Shown: one piece after another, positions 1 through 8,957 of the stretch
Position numbering within the stretch: position 1 is the stretch's first letter
Layout of the letters: each line of letters begins with the position of its first letter
NCBI GenBank assembly: GCA_963845085.1
Contig: CAWJQI010000004.1
Location: 800,001 to 864,000 of the forward strand
DNA from: Candidatus Fermentibacterota bacterium
Lineage (GTDB): Bacteria; Fermentibacterota; Fermentibacteria; Fermentibacterales; JCC-6
DNA: 64,000 nt
Reading direction: 5' to 3'
Made by a program: the position numbers and the translations under genes
Notes under the pieces: model-generated
What the model saw: only the letters and a program-made list of their open reading frames with translations
What the model was told of the DNA's origin: nothing
Database searches by the model: none

Positions 1-946
1 CCACGATCTTCTTGCGACGATCGAACTGGCATCCATCATAAAAAAGGGCCGCTACACCATTGTTCACACCCACGGCTCAAAGGCCAGGCTTCTGGGCAGG
101 CTCTCCGCAAAGCTGTCCGGCAGCCGCGCGCTGGTGGTCCAGACCTTTCACGGCTGGCCGTTTGATTCCACGATGAGCCTGGCGGCGCAGGCGGGCTGCG
201 CCTTCATGGAGAGGCTCTTCTTCCGTCTTGCGGCGCAATCGGTCACGGTAACCCCTGAAGACATTTTCAAGGGCGTTGTCTGGGGCATCGGCAGACCGGA
301 TGACTACACGGTCATTCGAAGCGGTGTGGAGTTCTCACGGTTTCGCTCCTGCCGCGGGAAAAAGGCCGAGGCAAGGGCGGAGCTCGGTCTGCCGCAGGAT
401 TGCCCAGTGGTGGGAACCGTCGCACGCCTTGCTACCGTCAAGGATCCGCTTGCCTTCCTTTCGGTTGCAAAGCGCGTTGTCGAACGGCTTCCTGAGTGCC
501 GGTTCGTGCTGGTCGGCGACGGCCCGCTGAGAACCGAGGTCGAGCGCGGCATAATGGAGGCGGGTCTGTCCAGTTCAGTGCTCCTCGCTGGAAACAGGGA
601 GGATGTGGAAAACCTTCTTCCGGCGCTCGACGTTTTCCTTCTGACATCAAGAAGCGAAGGGCTGCCGAGGGTAATGCTGGAAGCTCTTGCTGCAGGGGTT
701 CCCGTGGTCTCGACCGATGTGGGTGGGGTGTGCGAACTCCTCACCGGCGACCGGAACGGTGTGATCTGCCCCGTGGGAAACACCGAATGTCTCTCAAATG
801 CCGTGGTCGGCATCCTGACGACCCCGGGGAAGACTGAGCGGCTTCTCTCCGGAGTTGATGACAGCCTCGAGCCTTTCTCGGCGGAAAAGATGGTATCCGA
901 CCTCAGGGACCTCTACGTCTGGCTGGCAAAAAAAGCGGGCCGGTAG
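1..946 (+). CDS. Glycosyltransferase family 4 (GT-B), 5'-truncated by the window edge
   Basis: Frame is open from position 2 (HDLLATIELASIIKKGRYTIVHTHGSKA...). GT4 motifs VHTH, TFHGW, VGTVARL..K, VGDGP and SRSEGLPRVMLEALAAGVPVVSTDVGG are present. Confidence 0.9.
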   Translation, partial: HDLLATIELASIIKKGRYTIVHTHGSKARLLGRLSAKLSGSRALVVQTFHGWPFDSTMSLAAQAGCAFMERLFFRLAAQSVTVTPEDIFKGVVWGIGRPDDYTVIRSGVEFSRFRSCRGKKAEARAELGLPQDCPVVGTVARLATVKDPLAFLSVAKRVVERLPECRFVLVGDGPLRTEVERGIMEAGLSSSVLLAGNREDVENLLPALDVFLLTSRSEGLPRVMLEALAAGVPVVSTDVGGVCELLTGDRNGVICPVGNTECLSNAVVGILTTPGKTERLLSGVDDSLEPFSAEKMVSDLRDLYVWLAKKAGR

Positions 947-956
947 GCCGGCCCGC
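928..956 (-). terminator. Intrinsic terminator for the minus-strand ferredoxin/parB transcript
   Basis: Perfect 9-bp stem GCGGGCCGG (935-943) / CCGGCCCGC (948-956) with a 4-nt loop, followed on the minus strand by T7 (A7 at 928-934). It overlaps the stop codon of the convergent GT gene. Confidence 0.75.
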
Positions 957-980
957 ACAAAACACTCCTGCAAAAGCCTG

Positions 981-1148
981 TCAGGGCGCTTCGATGGCCT
1001 CAACCGGACAGACAGCTGCACAGGCTCCGCAATCGATGCAGGTAGCTGGGTCAATGGAGTATTTGTTGCCCTCGCTGATCGCGTCGACAGGGCATTCGTT
1101 CATGCATGCCCCGCAGGCGATGCAAGCATCGGTGATCTTGTATGCCAC
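981..1148 (-). CDS. fdx: 2[4Fe-4S] ferredoxin, clostridial type (55 aa; not in the ORF track)
   Basis: Manual translation MAYKITDACIACGACMNECPVDAISEGNKYSIDPATCIDCGACAAVCPVEAIEAP has two CxxCxxCxxxCP motifs. GTG start preceded by the SD AGGAGG. Confidence 0.95.
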   Translation of the reverse strand: MAYKITDACIACGACMNECPVDAISEGNKYSIDPATCIDCGACAAVCPVEAIEAP

Positions 1149-1200
1149 TTGAAACCTCCTGGTTGGAACACCCGATACGATAAGATAACCTTGGAATCCG

Positions 1201-2070
1201 TCAACGGGAAGCTTTTCTCAGGATGGAGAGCAGCCTGTCCAGATCGTCCAGGGACGAGTATTCGATCTCGATGCTGCCCTTTCCGCCGGTATCCCTGACC
1301 CTCACCCTCGTTCCGAGGATCCGTTGAAGGCCCTCCTCCAGCCTTGCAGTCTCAGGCGAGGTCTCGGGAAGCCTTTTCTTTCGGGGCGTCACCTTCGGGC
1401 TCCTGTTGTTCCTGACGAACTCCTCAAGGGCCCGAACGCTCATTCCCCGGTGCACGGCCAGACCGGCGGCACGAAGGATGCGGCCTTCATCGGAAAGGCC
1501 GAGGAGCGCCCTTCCATGCCCCATGGACAGCACCCCGGACCTCAGCATCGTTCTCACCTTTTCGGGCAGCTCGAGAAGCCTCTGAAAGTTGGCGACAGCC
1601 GATCTGCTGAGACCGACCTGGTGGCCAAGGTCTTCCTGGGTCAGGTCGAACTCGCGGCAGAACCTGCTGAACGCCTCGGCCTTCTCCATCGGGTTGAGGT
1701 CGGCTCTCTGAATGTTTTCTACAAGGGCCAGGGCAAGCATCTGGCGGTCGTCGGCCTCCCTCAGAACGGCCGGAACTTCCTGAAGCCCCGCCATTATCGC
1801 CGCGCGAAGCCTTCTCTCACCCGCGATCAGCTGATACCTCTGCCCCGATCTGCGAAGCACGAGGGGCTGAAGTATCCCCTGGGCGCGAATGGAATCACTG
1901 AGTGACTGCAGGTCTTCGGTGCTCCAGTCCACCCTGGGCTGGAACGGGTTGGTATCGATGAGCGTTACGGATATGGTTGCCGGCGTTCCCGCCCCGGCTC
2001 CCCCTTCGGCCATCTCCGGAAGGAGGGCTTCAAGCCCTCTCCCCAATACCTTTCGGCCCTTGTCTTTCAC
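1201..2070 (-). CDS. parB: ParB/Spo0J chromosome partitioning protein
   Basis: LGRGLEAL N-terminus, NPFQPR, GILQPLVLR, LIAGERRLRA (CTPase arginine patch), ENIQRADLNPMEKA and an HTH; follows parA. Confidence 0.97.
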   Translation of the reverse strand: MKDKGRKVLGRGLEALLPEMAEGGAGAGTPATISVTLIDTNPFQPRVDWSTEDLQSLSDSIRAQGILQPLVLRRSGQRYQLIAGERRLRAAIMAGLQEVPAVLREADDRQMLALALVENIQRADLNPMEKAEAFSRFCREFDLTQEDLGHQVGLSRSAVANFQRLLELPEKVRTMLRSGVLSMGHGRALLGLSDEGRILRAAGLAVHRGMSVRALEEFVRNNRSPKVTPRKKRLPETSPETARLEEGLQRILGTRVRVRDTGGKGSIEIEYSSLDDLDRLLSILRKASR

Positions 2071-2822
2071 CTTTCCATCACCTCCCTGGCAAGGCTGAGA
2101 TAGCTGCCGGCTCCCTTTGAAAACGGGTCGTAAAGTATCGCCGGCTTGCCGAAGCTGGGGGCTTCGCTCAGCTTGACATTACGTGGTATTGTAGTGTGGA
2201 ACAATGCCTTACCAAGATGAGACCGGGCTTCCTCAAACACTTCCCTGCTCAGCTTGAGCCTCGAGTCGTACATCGTGATCACCACGCCGAAGAGGAGCAG
2301 CTTTCGGTTCCAGGCTGCGCGGACCCGGGAGATGGTCTGCAGCAGGTGCGACAATCCCTCGAGTGCGTAATACTCACTCTGCACGGTAAGCAGTACGCTG
2401 TCGGCCGCGACCAGCGCGTTTACCGTGAGAAGCCCGAGGGAGGGGGGGCAGTCAATGAGAACGTACGAGTATTTCTCGACCTTCCCTGTGAGGGCCCTGT
2501 CAAGAAAGTACTCACGTTTTTCCTGTGTGGCGAGTTCCGTTTCAAGGCCGGCCATGTCGGTTGAGCCGGGAATGATGTAAAGTCCCTCAACCTCTGTCCT
2601 TGCAACAAGCTCCGAAAGCGGCTTTTTCCCCGCGATAAGGGCAAGCATCCCGTCCAGTCCGCCCTGTGGCAGTCCCAGCCCGCTCGTGGCATTCGCCTGC
2701 GGGTCGAGGTCCACGATGAGAACATCCTTGTTGTTCACAGCAAGGCTTGCGCCGAGGTTGATCACTGTCGTGGTCTTCCCCACGCCGCCCTTCTGGTTCG
2801 CAACGGCAATGATTCGGGTCAT
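2067..2822 (-). CDS. parA: ParA/Soj ATPase
   Basis: Deviant Walker A NQKGGVGKTT, plus DLDPQANAT, IDCPPSLGLLT and IPRNVKLSEAPSFG. Confidence 0.97.
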   Translation of the reverse strand: MTRIIAVANQKGGVGKTTTVINLGASLAVNNKDVLIVDLDPQANATSGLGLPQGGLDGMLALIAGKKPLSELVARTEVEGLYIIPGSTDMAGLETELATQEKREYFLDRALTGKVEKYSYVLIDCPPSLGLLTVNALVAADSVLLTVQSEYYALEGLSHLLQTISRVRAAWNRKLLLFGVVITMYDSRLKLSREVFEEARSHLGKALFHTTIPRNVKLSEAPSFGKPAILYDPFSKGAGSYLSLAREVMER

Positions 2823-2846
2823 TTCCCCCTGTTTCTTTCGAGCGGG

Positions 2847-3467
2847 TTACGGTCCGGGATGGCGAAACTGCACCATGAATCCGGGACGGTCAAGAGGCGG
2901 AGACGGCAGCACCGTGATAACTTTCTCGCCGGGAGCGGAATAGGGGTCCTGTGAACGGACCGTCAAAGTGAAACCGCCCGGAACGGCCGCCCTGATCCTC
3001 TCAAGCAGCTGCAGAGGCTTCTCCACAGCTCTGGCGGTGAAAGCCGCCCCGCTCGGAAATGGGCCGCAGTTCTCCACCCGACCCTGTACGACCCTGGCGT
3101 TGGAGAGACCCATTTCATCCCTGGCCCAGAGCAGGAACAGGTATCTCTTCCTTCTGCTTTCCACCATGGTGACCGGCAGCCCGAACAGGGCAAGCACCAT
3201 CCCCGGGAATCCCCCTCCTGTGCCGACATCCACCACCGACGGAGAATCCTTTACAAATGGGAGATACGCTGCCGATTCGAGGAAGTGCCTGCTCCAGAGC
3301 CGTCCTGTCTCGGAGGGTCCCATGAGGTTCCCGAACCTTCCACCGGGCGCACCCTCGAGAAGTGATGCAAATGCCTGAAGACGTTCCAGCACCCCTTCCG
3401 TCGGGGTGACACCTACTTCGGCGAGATCGGAAATAGCTTCCGCAGATGAAAGTTTCACGTGGAACAC
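2847..3467 (-). CDS. rsmG: 16S rRNA m7G527 methyltransferase RsmG (GidB)
   Basis: RHFLES, SAM motif VDVGTGGGFPG, ESRRKR, GRVE, TARAV; canonical position between mnmG and parA. Confidence 0.9.
   Translation of the reverse strand: MFHVKLSSAEAISDLAEVGVTPTEGVLERLQAFASLLEGAPGGRFGNLMGPSETGRLWSRHFLESAAYLPFVKDSPSVVDVGTGGGFPGMVLALFGLPVTMVESRRKRYLFLLWARDEMGLSNARVVQGRVENCGPFPSGAAFTARAVEKPLQLLERIRAAVPGGFTLTVRSQDPYSAPGEKVITVLPSPPLDRPGFMVQFRHPGP
3451..3466. promoter_or_regulatory. parS: parS centromere site 1
   Basis: Minus strand TGTTCCACGTGAAACT matches the bacterial consensus TGTTNCACGTGAAACA at 15/16 positions; lies ~0.6 kb from parA. Confidence 0.9.
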
Positions 3468-5236
3468 CGTTTTCTAAGCGCAAGAAGTGTAAGGAGCTCA
3501 AGATCGGATGCACGCACCCCCGGAAGAAGCGAAGCCTCTCTCAGGGTTTGCGGTGAATGCGTGTCAATGGATTGCCGTGCTTCAATGGAAATACCGGAGT
3601 CCCCCGCAAATGACGGGAGAGGAAGGTCCCAATGGTCCCTGACGGCCTGAGCCCTGCGTTGCTGTCTTGTGATATAGCCCCGGTATTTCATGTCGTTGAA
3701 AACGATCTCCACGCTGTCGGGATCGAGCGCCAGCAACCCGGGGCACCTTGCCGCGATGTCTTCAGGAACAGCTTCCGGATTTCTGCACACGCTGTCAAGC
3801 CGGGCCTCCCTGATCGCTGCCTCGGCCTTAACGCAGTCTTCCTGCAGCCTGGCAACCAGCGAAAGCCTTTCTCCTCCCAGAACGCCAAGTCTCGCGCCAA
3901 GGCCTGCAAGTCTGATGTGCGAGTTGTCCTGCCTCAGATGAAGGCGGTTCTCGGCGCGGCTTGAAAACAGCCGGTAGGGCTCGTCTATTCCCTTTCTCAC
4001 AAGGTCGTTGACCATCACTCCGAGGTAGCTTTCCGATCTGTCGGGGATGACCGGCTCAAGGCCGAGTGCCGTTCTTGCGGCGTTTCCCCCCGCCAGCAGA
4101 CCGAGCGCGGCTGCCTCTTCATATCCCGAGGTGCCGAGTATCTGTCCGGCGGCGTACAGGTTTTCCGTGTTCCTAAGCTTCAGGCTTTCATCGAACTCGC
4201 CCCAGGAGAGCCGGGTGTATTCAACGGCGTAACCGAACTGCGCGATCCTTGCGTTCTCGAATCCCCTTATGCTTCGGAGCATTCTGTACTGAACGTCCTG
4301 CGGCATGCTCGTTGACAGCCCGTTCAGGTAGGAAAGCCTCGATGAGTACGCCATCGGCTCAAGATGAACGGGGTGCTCGCTTCTGTCCGGGAACTTGACG
4401 ACCTTGTCCTCAAAGCTCGGGCAGTAGCGCGGTCCCCTCCCGCCTATCCTTCTCTCGTAAAGCGGAGATCTTCCAAGGTTTTCCCTGACGGCTTCAGCGG
4501 TTTTCTCATTGGTTCTTGCGAGATAGCACTGTTTTCTGTTCCGTGCGTCGCGGGAACTCTCAATGCTGAATCGGAAAGGAGTGTCGTGGGCATCCTGGGC
4601 ATCAAGAACGGTCGTGTCCACGGACCCGGTCACCACCCTGGGCGAGGTCCCCGTCTTGAAACGTTCCACGTGGAACATCCCCGAAATGAAATCCTCCAGC
4701 CCGAGCGATGTGAGCCCGCCCGCCCTTCCGCCCGGCCACTTTTCATCGCCCCTGAAAAGAACTCCCCGGAGGTAGGTTCCCGTTGCGAGAACAAAAGCGT
4801 CGCCACTGACTTCCGACCCGTCCTGGAGCCTTACTGCGGTGAATGTTTCGGGCCCTCCGGAAAGCGAGACAGCCATGCCTTCGATCACCCGGATTCCCGC
4901 AGCTCGCAGGGCGGTACTCACAAATGCGGGGTAGGCCTCGGAATCGGCCTGAACCCTCGGACCCCATACTGCGGGACCCTTGCTTCGATTGAGCATTCGA
5001 AACTGCAGGGCAGCTGAATCAGCGGCAAGCCCCATGACTCCGCCAAGAGCATCTATCTCACGAACCAGGCAGCCCTTTGCAACTCCTCCGATGGCGGGGT
5101 TGCACGGCATGACTGCCATGGCATGCGGTTCTGCGGTGACGAGTTTCACCCCGGCACCAGCCCGTGCCGCGGCCAGTGCCGCTTCGGCGCCGGCATGCCC
5201 GCCTCCGATCACTACAACTATCCTATTTGCCGACAC
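3455..5236 (-). CDS. mnmG: tRNA uridine-5-carboxymethylaminomethyl(34) synthesis enzyme MnmG (GidA)
   Basis: FAD motif VIGGGHAGAEAA, MPCNPAIGG, FRMLNRSKGPAV, RFKTGT, GPRYCPSFEDK, AGQILGTSGYEEAAA, EPYRLFSSRAE. GTG start at 5236 chosen over the ORF-track start at 5260. Confidence 0.97.
   Translation of the reverse strand: MSANRIVVVIGGGHAGAEAALAAARAGAGVKLVTAEPHAMAVMPCNPAIGGVAKGCLVREIDALGGVMGLAADSAALQFRMLNRSKGPAVWGPRVQADSEAYPAFVSTALRAAGIRVIEGMAVSLSGGPETFTAVRLQDGSEVSGDAFVLATGTYLRGVLFRGDEKWPGGRAGGLTSLGLEDFISGMFHVERFKTGTSPRVVTGSVDTTVLDAQDAHDTPFRFSIESSRDARNRKQCYLARTNEKTAEAVRENLGRSPLYERRIGGRGPRYCPSFEDKVVKFPDRSEHPVHLEPMAYSSRLSYLNGLSTSMPQDVQYRMLRSIRGFENARIAQFGYAVEYTRLSWGEFDESLKLRNTENLYAAGQILGTSGYEEAAALGLLAGGNAARTALGLEPVIPDRSESYLGVMVNDLVRKGIDEPYRLFSSRAENRLHLRQDNSHIRLAGLGARLGVLGGERLSLVARLQEDCVKAEAAIREARLDSVCRNPEAVPEDIAARCPGLLALDPDSVEIVFNDMKYRGYITRQQRRAQAVRDHWDLPLPSFAGDSGISIEARQSIDTHSPQTLREASLLPGVRASDLELLTLLALRKRCST
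4662..4677. promoter_or_regulatory. parS: parS centromere site 2 (inside mnmG)
   Basis: CGTTCCACGTGGAACA contains the perfect 14-bp palindrome GTTCCACGTGGAAC and matches the parS consensus. Confidence 0.85.
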
Positions 5237-6428
5237 AGAGCACGCCCAGCGCCCGTTCAACGGCGTTCAGGTCCTGCCTGATCCCGGTCATCTCCGACGC
5301 TATGGATTCTGCTTCCCTGAGAAGGTCGGCTGCGATCCCGGGATCATGGCACACTGCTTCTACGGCTTCCTTCAGCAGTGAATGGATCTCAATCGCCCTG
5401 TGCTCACCAGAAGTCGTTGTGATTTCCGCAAGCGTCCGTCGGAGGGTGTCCGTCCCCTCCCCTGTCACCGATGAAACCCTCAGCCCCGGAAGTTCATGCA
5501 TATCACTCTTTGAAAGAACGGTTAGTATCCTGCCCGATGCGCTTTTGAGAATCGCCGGGATATCCTCTCCGTCCGGGCTGAGCCAGACCAGGGTGTCCTC
5601 GCGCGAGATCCCCAGCAGAACGGTATCGAGTGCATCCCTGTCTATCCCGTCACCCCCGAAACCGGGAGTGTCAATCAGCAGAAGCCTTCTTCCCCCGACA
5701 CTGATCTCGCTTCTGGCGCCATCCCTCGTGGTGCCTGGCGACGGATCGACAAGTGCCACCCTTTCACCGCAGAGAGCATTGAAAAGAGTTGATTTGCCGG
5801 CGTTCACGTTGCCCATCAAGAACACCCTGGCCGCCCGTTGCAGGGAGTGTGTGCACTCCATGAGCCTTCCTGCCGACAGAATGGCCTTTTCGATCGCTGC
5901 CTCAAGGTCTTTGGAGTTTGCGAATGCCTCCTCCTGAAACTCAATGCAGCCCTCGACCGCTTCAAGTGCGGATGAAACATTTATCTGAAGGTCGTGCAGC
6001 ACGTCTTCAAGCGGTGTGACGATCCTTCCCGTCTCGACGGCGGCAGCCAGGGCCATAACCTGGCTGTCAGACATGACGCCGTTTCGCCAGGCTCTGCCCG
6101 TAAACTCGCCGGGAAGTGCGCTTCTTGCACCCGCGTTGAGCAGTGCAAGCATCAGTGCCGTCACCTGCTCAGGTATGCCGTGGCACATCAGCTCCACCAT
6201 TTCCTCGCCGGTGTAGCTTTTTCCCGCCGGCCATCCCAGTGCAACGACCTCGCCTGCTCCGGGAATGCTGACGAGTGCTCTTCTCATGCCCTGAAGCCTT
6301 CCGTCGGGAATGCCCGCAAGTACTTCAACGAGCGCAGCCGAGCCTTGCCCGGACAGCCTCACCACGGCAAGCGCGGACAGACCAGCCGGCGTTGCCACGG
6401 CAGCAATGACGTCCCTGTCGATGGTCAC
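5223..6428 (-). CDS. mnmE: tRNA modification GTPase MnmE (TrmE), compact
   Basis: IAAVATP..VVRLSG, SYTGEEMVELMCHG, G1 GNVNAGKSTLFN, PGTTRD, DTPG and C-terminal CVGK. Confidence 0.92.
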   Translation of the reverse strand: MTIDRDVIAAVATPAGLSALAVVRLSGQGSAALVEVLAGIPDGRLQGMRRALVSIPGAGEVVALGWPAGKSYTGEEMVELMCHGIPEQVTALMLALLNAGARSALPGEFTGRAWRNGVMSDSQVMALAAAVETGRIVTPLEDVLHDLQINVSSALEAVEGCIEFQEEAFANSKDLEAAIEKAILSAGRLMECTHSLQRAARVFLMGNVNAGKSTLFNALCGERVALVDPSPGTTRDGARSEISVGGRRLLLIDTPGFGGDGIDRDALDTVLLGISREDTLVWLSPDGEDIPAILKSASGRILTVLSKSDMHELPGLRVSSVTGEGTDTLRRTLAEITTTSGEHRAIEIHSLLKEAVEAVCHDPGIAADLLREAESIASEMTGIRQDLNAVERALGVLCVGK

Positions 6429-7987
6429 CTGGGTTCTTCCGCCTGCAGTCTTCTTTTTATCAGTTCCTGGTTGCCCATCGTGAGAATGTTGTAGACCATC
6501 CAGTAAAGGTTCAGGCCTGCGGCAAACTTCATGAAGATGTATCCCATCATCACGGGCATTATGTACATCATCATCTTCTGCTGCTGCATGGCGGATGCCG
6601 AACTCATTTTCTGCTGGATGATCATGAACGCCGCCGTGATGAGCGCCATCAGCCCTATTCCCTGAAGCCCGAGAATTGGGGATTGGAAATGAACGAGCAA
6701 CTCGGGCCTGGAGAGGTCGGTCACCCAGAGGACGAAGGGCGCACCCCTGAGTTCAACCGCATTGCCGAGAACCCTGTACATCGCAAAGAAAACCGGCATC
6801 TGCAGAAGCATCGGAAGGCATCCGCCCAGGGGGTTGGCCCCCGATTCCTTGTAAAGTTTCTGCATCGCCTGCTGCTGCTTCTGAGGGTCGGTGGCGTACT
6901 TCTTCTGGATCTCCTTTATTGCCGGCGAGAGCTTCTGCATCTTCTGCATCGCCACGAAGCTCTTCCTTGTCAAAGGCATCATGAGGACCTGAAGTGTAAC
7001 TGCGAGCACCATGATCCGGAGACCCCAGTTGCCGATGAATGAAAGAACATTGTTCAGATACAGGAAGATAAGCTGTGCAAGCTGCCTTATGACAGGAAAG
7101 CCGAAGTCCACCATCTTCTCGGTGTCGCTTCCAAGATCCCTGAGCAGCGTGTAACTGACCGGACCCGCATAGACTGTAGCGCTGTCGGTTTCGAGTGAGA
7201 CTTCGGGGGAGCCTTCGCCACCCGGCGCCACGAAACCGCTCACTCTCTCCCTCGACATGGGGAGCAGGGCGATGCAGAAGTACCTTGAAGCCGAGGCCAC
7301 CCAGCGGGAGTTGCCGGTTCCGTCAAGCTCTTCGATCGAAGGAGCCTTTTTCCTTGTCATCTTGTTCGTATACCAGCAGGCGGAGTAGTACTGCCGCAGG
7401 TCCGCCTCGTCTTCGGTGACGGGAATTGCCCCGGCCTGTACTGTTATCAAACCGGAAAGCCCTTCATCCCTTACATCAAATGAGTATGATCCCCCGTCAA
7501 AAGTATATGTGCGACCCGCTCCGCCCGAGCTCAAAGCTATCTCCGTCAGGTCGGTCACAATCACGGTATCGGGGCAATCCGACGTGAATACAATCCTGCC
7601 GCCTGCTGCACCGGTCGCAGTCAGCCAGGGTTCCTCTGCGAGGTTGACCATGTCCTGCTGTCCTGCTTCACCCGACAGGTCCGGATACTTCGCGAGCGAC
7701 CAGCGGGTGACCGAGCCTCCGTCCGTGGATACAACTGCATCGACGAGAATGCTTTCCCCGTCCATGATCCTCACCACGATATCCCGCGGCGGCACTGTAC
7801 TGTCCGGTTCAACAGGTGTCACGGCATCCTGATGCTGAATCTCAGGTTGCACGGACTGCACGGGGGTTTCTTCCACCTGTGCGGAGGACGTGTTTGCCCT
7901 CGGCCCCGCAAGGAACCAGCTCAGTGCAAGAACTGTCATCATCAGAGCTGCGGCAAGAAGCATTCTTGACTGGTCACTCATCGCCAT
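6425..7987 (-). CDS. yidC: Membrane protein insertase YidC
   Basis: N-terminal TM plus periplasmic domain, [50 protein letters not shown]. Confidence 0.96.
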   Translation of the reverse strand: MAMSDQSRMLLAAALMMTVLALSWFLAGPRANTSSAQVEETPVQSVQPEIQHQDAVTPVEPDSTVPPRDIVVRIMDGESILVDAVVSTDGGSVTRWSLAKYPDLSGEAGQQDMVNLAEEPWLTATGAAGGRIVFTSDCPDTVIVTDLTEIALSSGGAGRTYTFDGGSYSFDVRDEGLSGLITVQAGAIPVTEDEADLRQYYSACWYTNKMTRKKAPSIEELDGTGNSRWVASASRYFCIALLPMSRERVSGFVAPGGEGSPEVSLETDSATVYAGPVSYTLLRDLGSDTEKMVDFGFPVIRQLAQLIFLYLNNVLSFIGNWGLRIMVLAVTLQVLMMPLTRKSFVAMQKMQKLSPAIKEIQKKYATDPQKQQQAMQKLYKESGANPLGGCLPMLLQMPVFFAMYRVLGNAVELRGAPFVLWVTDLSRPELLVHFQSPILGLQGIGLMALITAAFMIIQQKMSSASAMQQQKMMMYIMPVMMGYIFMKFAAGLNLYWMVYNILTMGNQELIKRRLQAEEPR

Positions 7988-8207
7988 TGTTCTCTTCCTC
8001 CGGTACGGGGTCGAATCCCCCCGCGTTCCACGGGTTGCATCTAAGTATTCTTCTCAGGGCAAGCATCGACCCTTTCCATGCACCGAACCTTTCCACGGCG
8101 GTCCGGGCATAGCTGCTGCACGAGGGGGTGAAGCGGCAGGACGGGGGAAAGAGCGGTGAGACAAACTTTCTGTACCCGTCAATAAGAAGAATCAACAGGG
8201 TCTTCAA
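7974..8207 (-). CDS. yidD: Membrane protein insertion efficiency factor YidD
   Basis: [38 protein letters not shown] start overlaps the rnpA stop. Confidence 0.95.
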   Translation of the reverse strand: MKTLLILLIDGYRKFVSPLFPPSCRFTPSCSSYARTAVERFGAWKGSMLALRRILRCNPWNAGGFDPVPEEENNGDE

Positions 8208-8584
8208 CGCCCGGCTTCCTGCAGCAGCACTGCGAAATCTTCGCACATTGCGGGCCAGCCAATCCCGCTGAGTTTGCCGATCGGTGTCACGACGGCATCA
8301 AATCCCGGGCCCTTCCCGGCGGCCTCCCTGGCCAGATGCCTCAACCTTCTTCTGAAAAGGTTTCTTTCCACAGCGTTTCCGGTCTTCCTTGATACGGAAA
8401 ACCCCAGGCGTATGACGCCCAGGGTGTTTCTGCCGTGTCTCGCCCTGATGACTCTTCCGCTGAAACGCTTTCCCGCCTTGAACAGGCGCATGAACTCGGG
8501 GGTTTTCTTCAGGGTGTATCTGGAGGCGCCGGAACTGCCTGCCTTAGGGCACCAGTCTTTTGCGGCCCTTCCTTCTTCTGGCAT
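8204..8584 (-). CDS. rnpA: Ribonuclease P protein component
   Basis: [24 protein letters not shown] (RNR motif); position after rpmH. Start codon uncertain (see findings). Confidence 0.92.
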   Translation of the reverse strand: MPEEGRAAKDWCPKAGSSGASRYTLKKTPEFMRLFKAGKRFSGRVIRARHGRNTLGVIRLGFSVSRKTGNAVERNLFRRRLRHLAREAAGKGPGFDAVVTPIGKLSGIGWPAMCEDFAVLLQEAGR

Positions 8585-8678
8585 TCAGAACCTTCCTGCC
8601 GCCCCGGGTAGCCATCCTGGCCCTGAACCCATGCGTTCTTACCCTGGAGATTCTGCTGGGTTGATAGGTTCTCTTCAT
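8544..8678 (-). CDS. rpmH: 50S ribosomal protein L34 (44 aa; not in the ORF track)
   Basis: Manual translation [44 protein letters not shown]. Confidence 0.98.
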   Translation of the reverse strand: MKRTYQPSRISRVRTHGFRARMATRGGRKVLNARRRKGRKRLVP

Positions 8679-8754
8679 AACCCGTTCCTTCTTGACTAAG
8701 CCGGCGGCTGGTTGCCCCGGGAAACAGAAACTGCGTATTCAAAAGGGAAGCGGA

Positions 8755-8783
8755 ATCTTACTATCGTTGCCTTCCTTTGTCAA
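8755..8783 (-). promoter_or_regulatory. Sigma70-type promoter of the rpmH operon
   Basis: TTGACA-N17-TAAGAT on the minus strand, ~75 nt upstream of rpmH. Confidence 0.7.
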
Positions 8784-8893
8784 GCTTTTTTTGGCCCTTG
8801 CCAACGGAAAAGAAATCAACATGTTTTGGCCTGACCTGTGCCCATGGTCTTTTCATGTTTTTGTTGTGCAACTGTTTGCCTGTATTCAAGGGG

Positions 8894-8937
8894 TGTGGAT
8901 AACCATGTTGATTTCTTCTGACACCGTTGCGTACAAT
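8894..8937 (+). promoter_or_regulatory. Perfect DnaA box next to the putative dnaA promoter
   Basis: TGTGGATAA (= TTATCCACA) at 8894-8902, followed by TTGATT-N18-TACAAT (8908-8937), 20 nt before the dnaA ATG. Consistent with autoregulation. Confidence 0.7.
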
Positions 8938-8957
8938 CGCTTTACGCCTCCATCGCC

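Noticed and set aside
2188..2203. GTGGAACA half-site in parA
   Set aside because: Only half of the parS palindrome matches.
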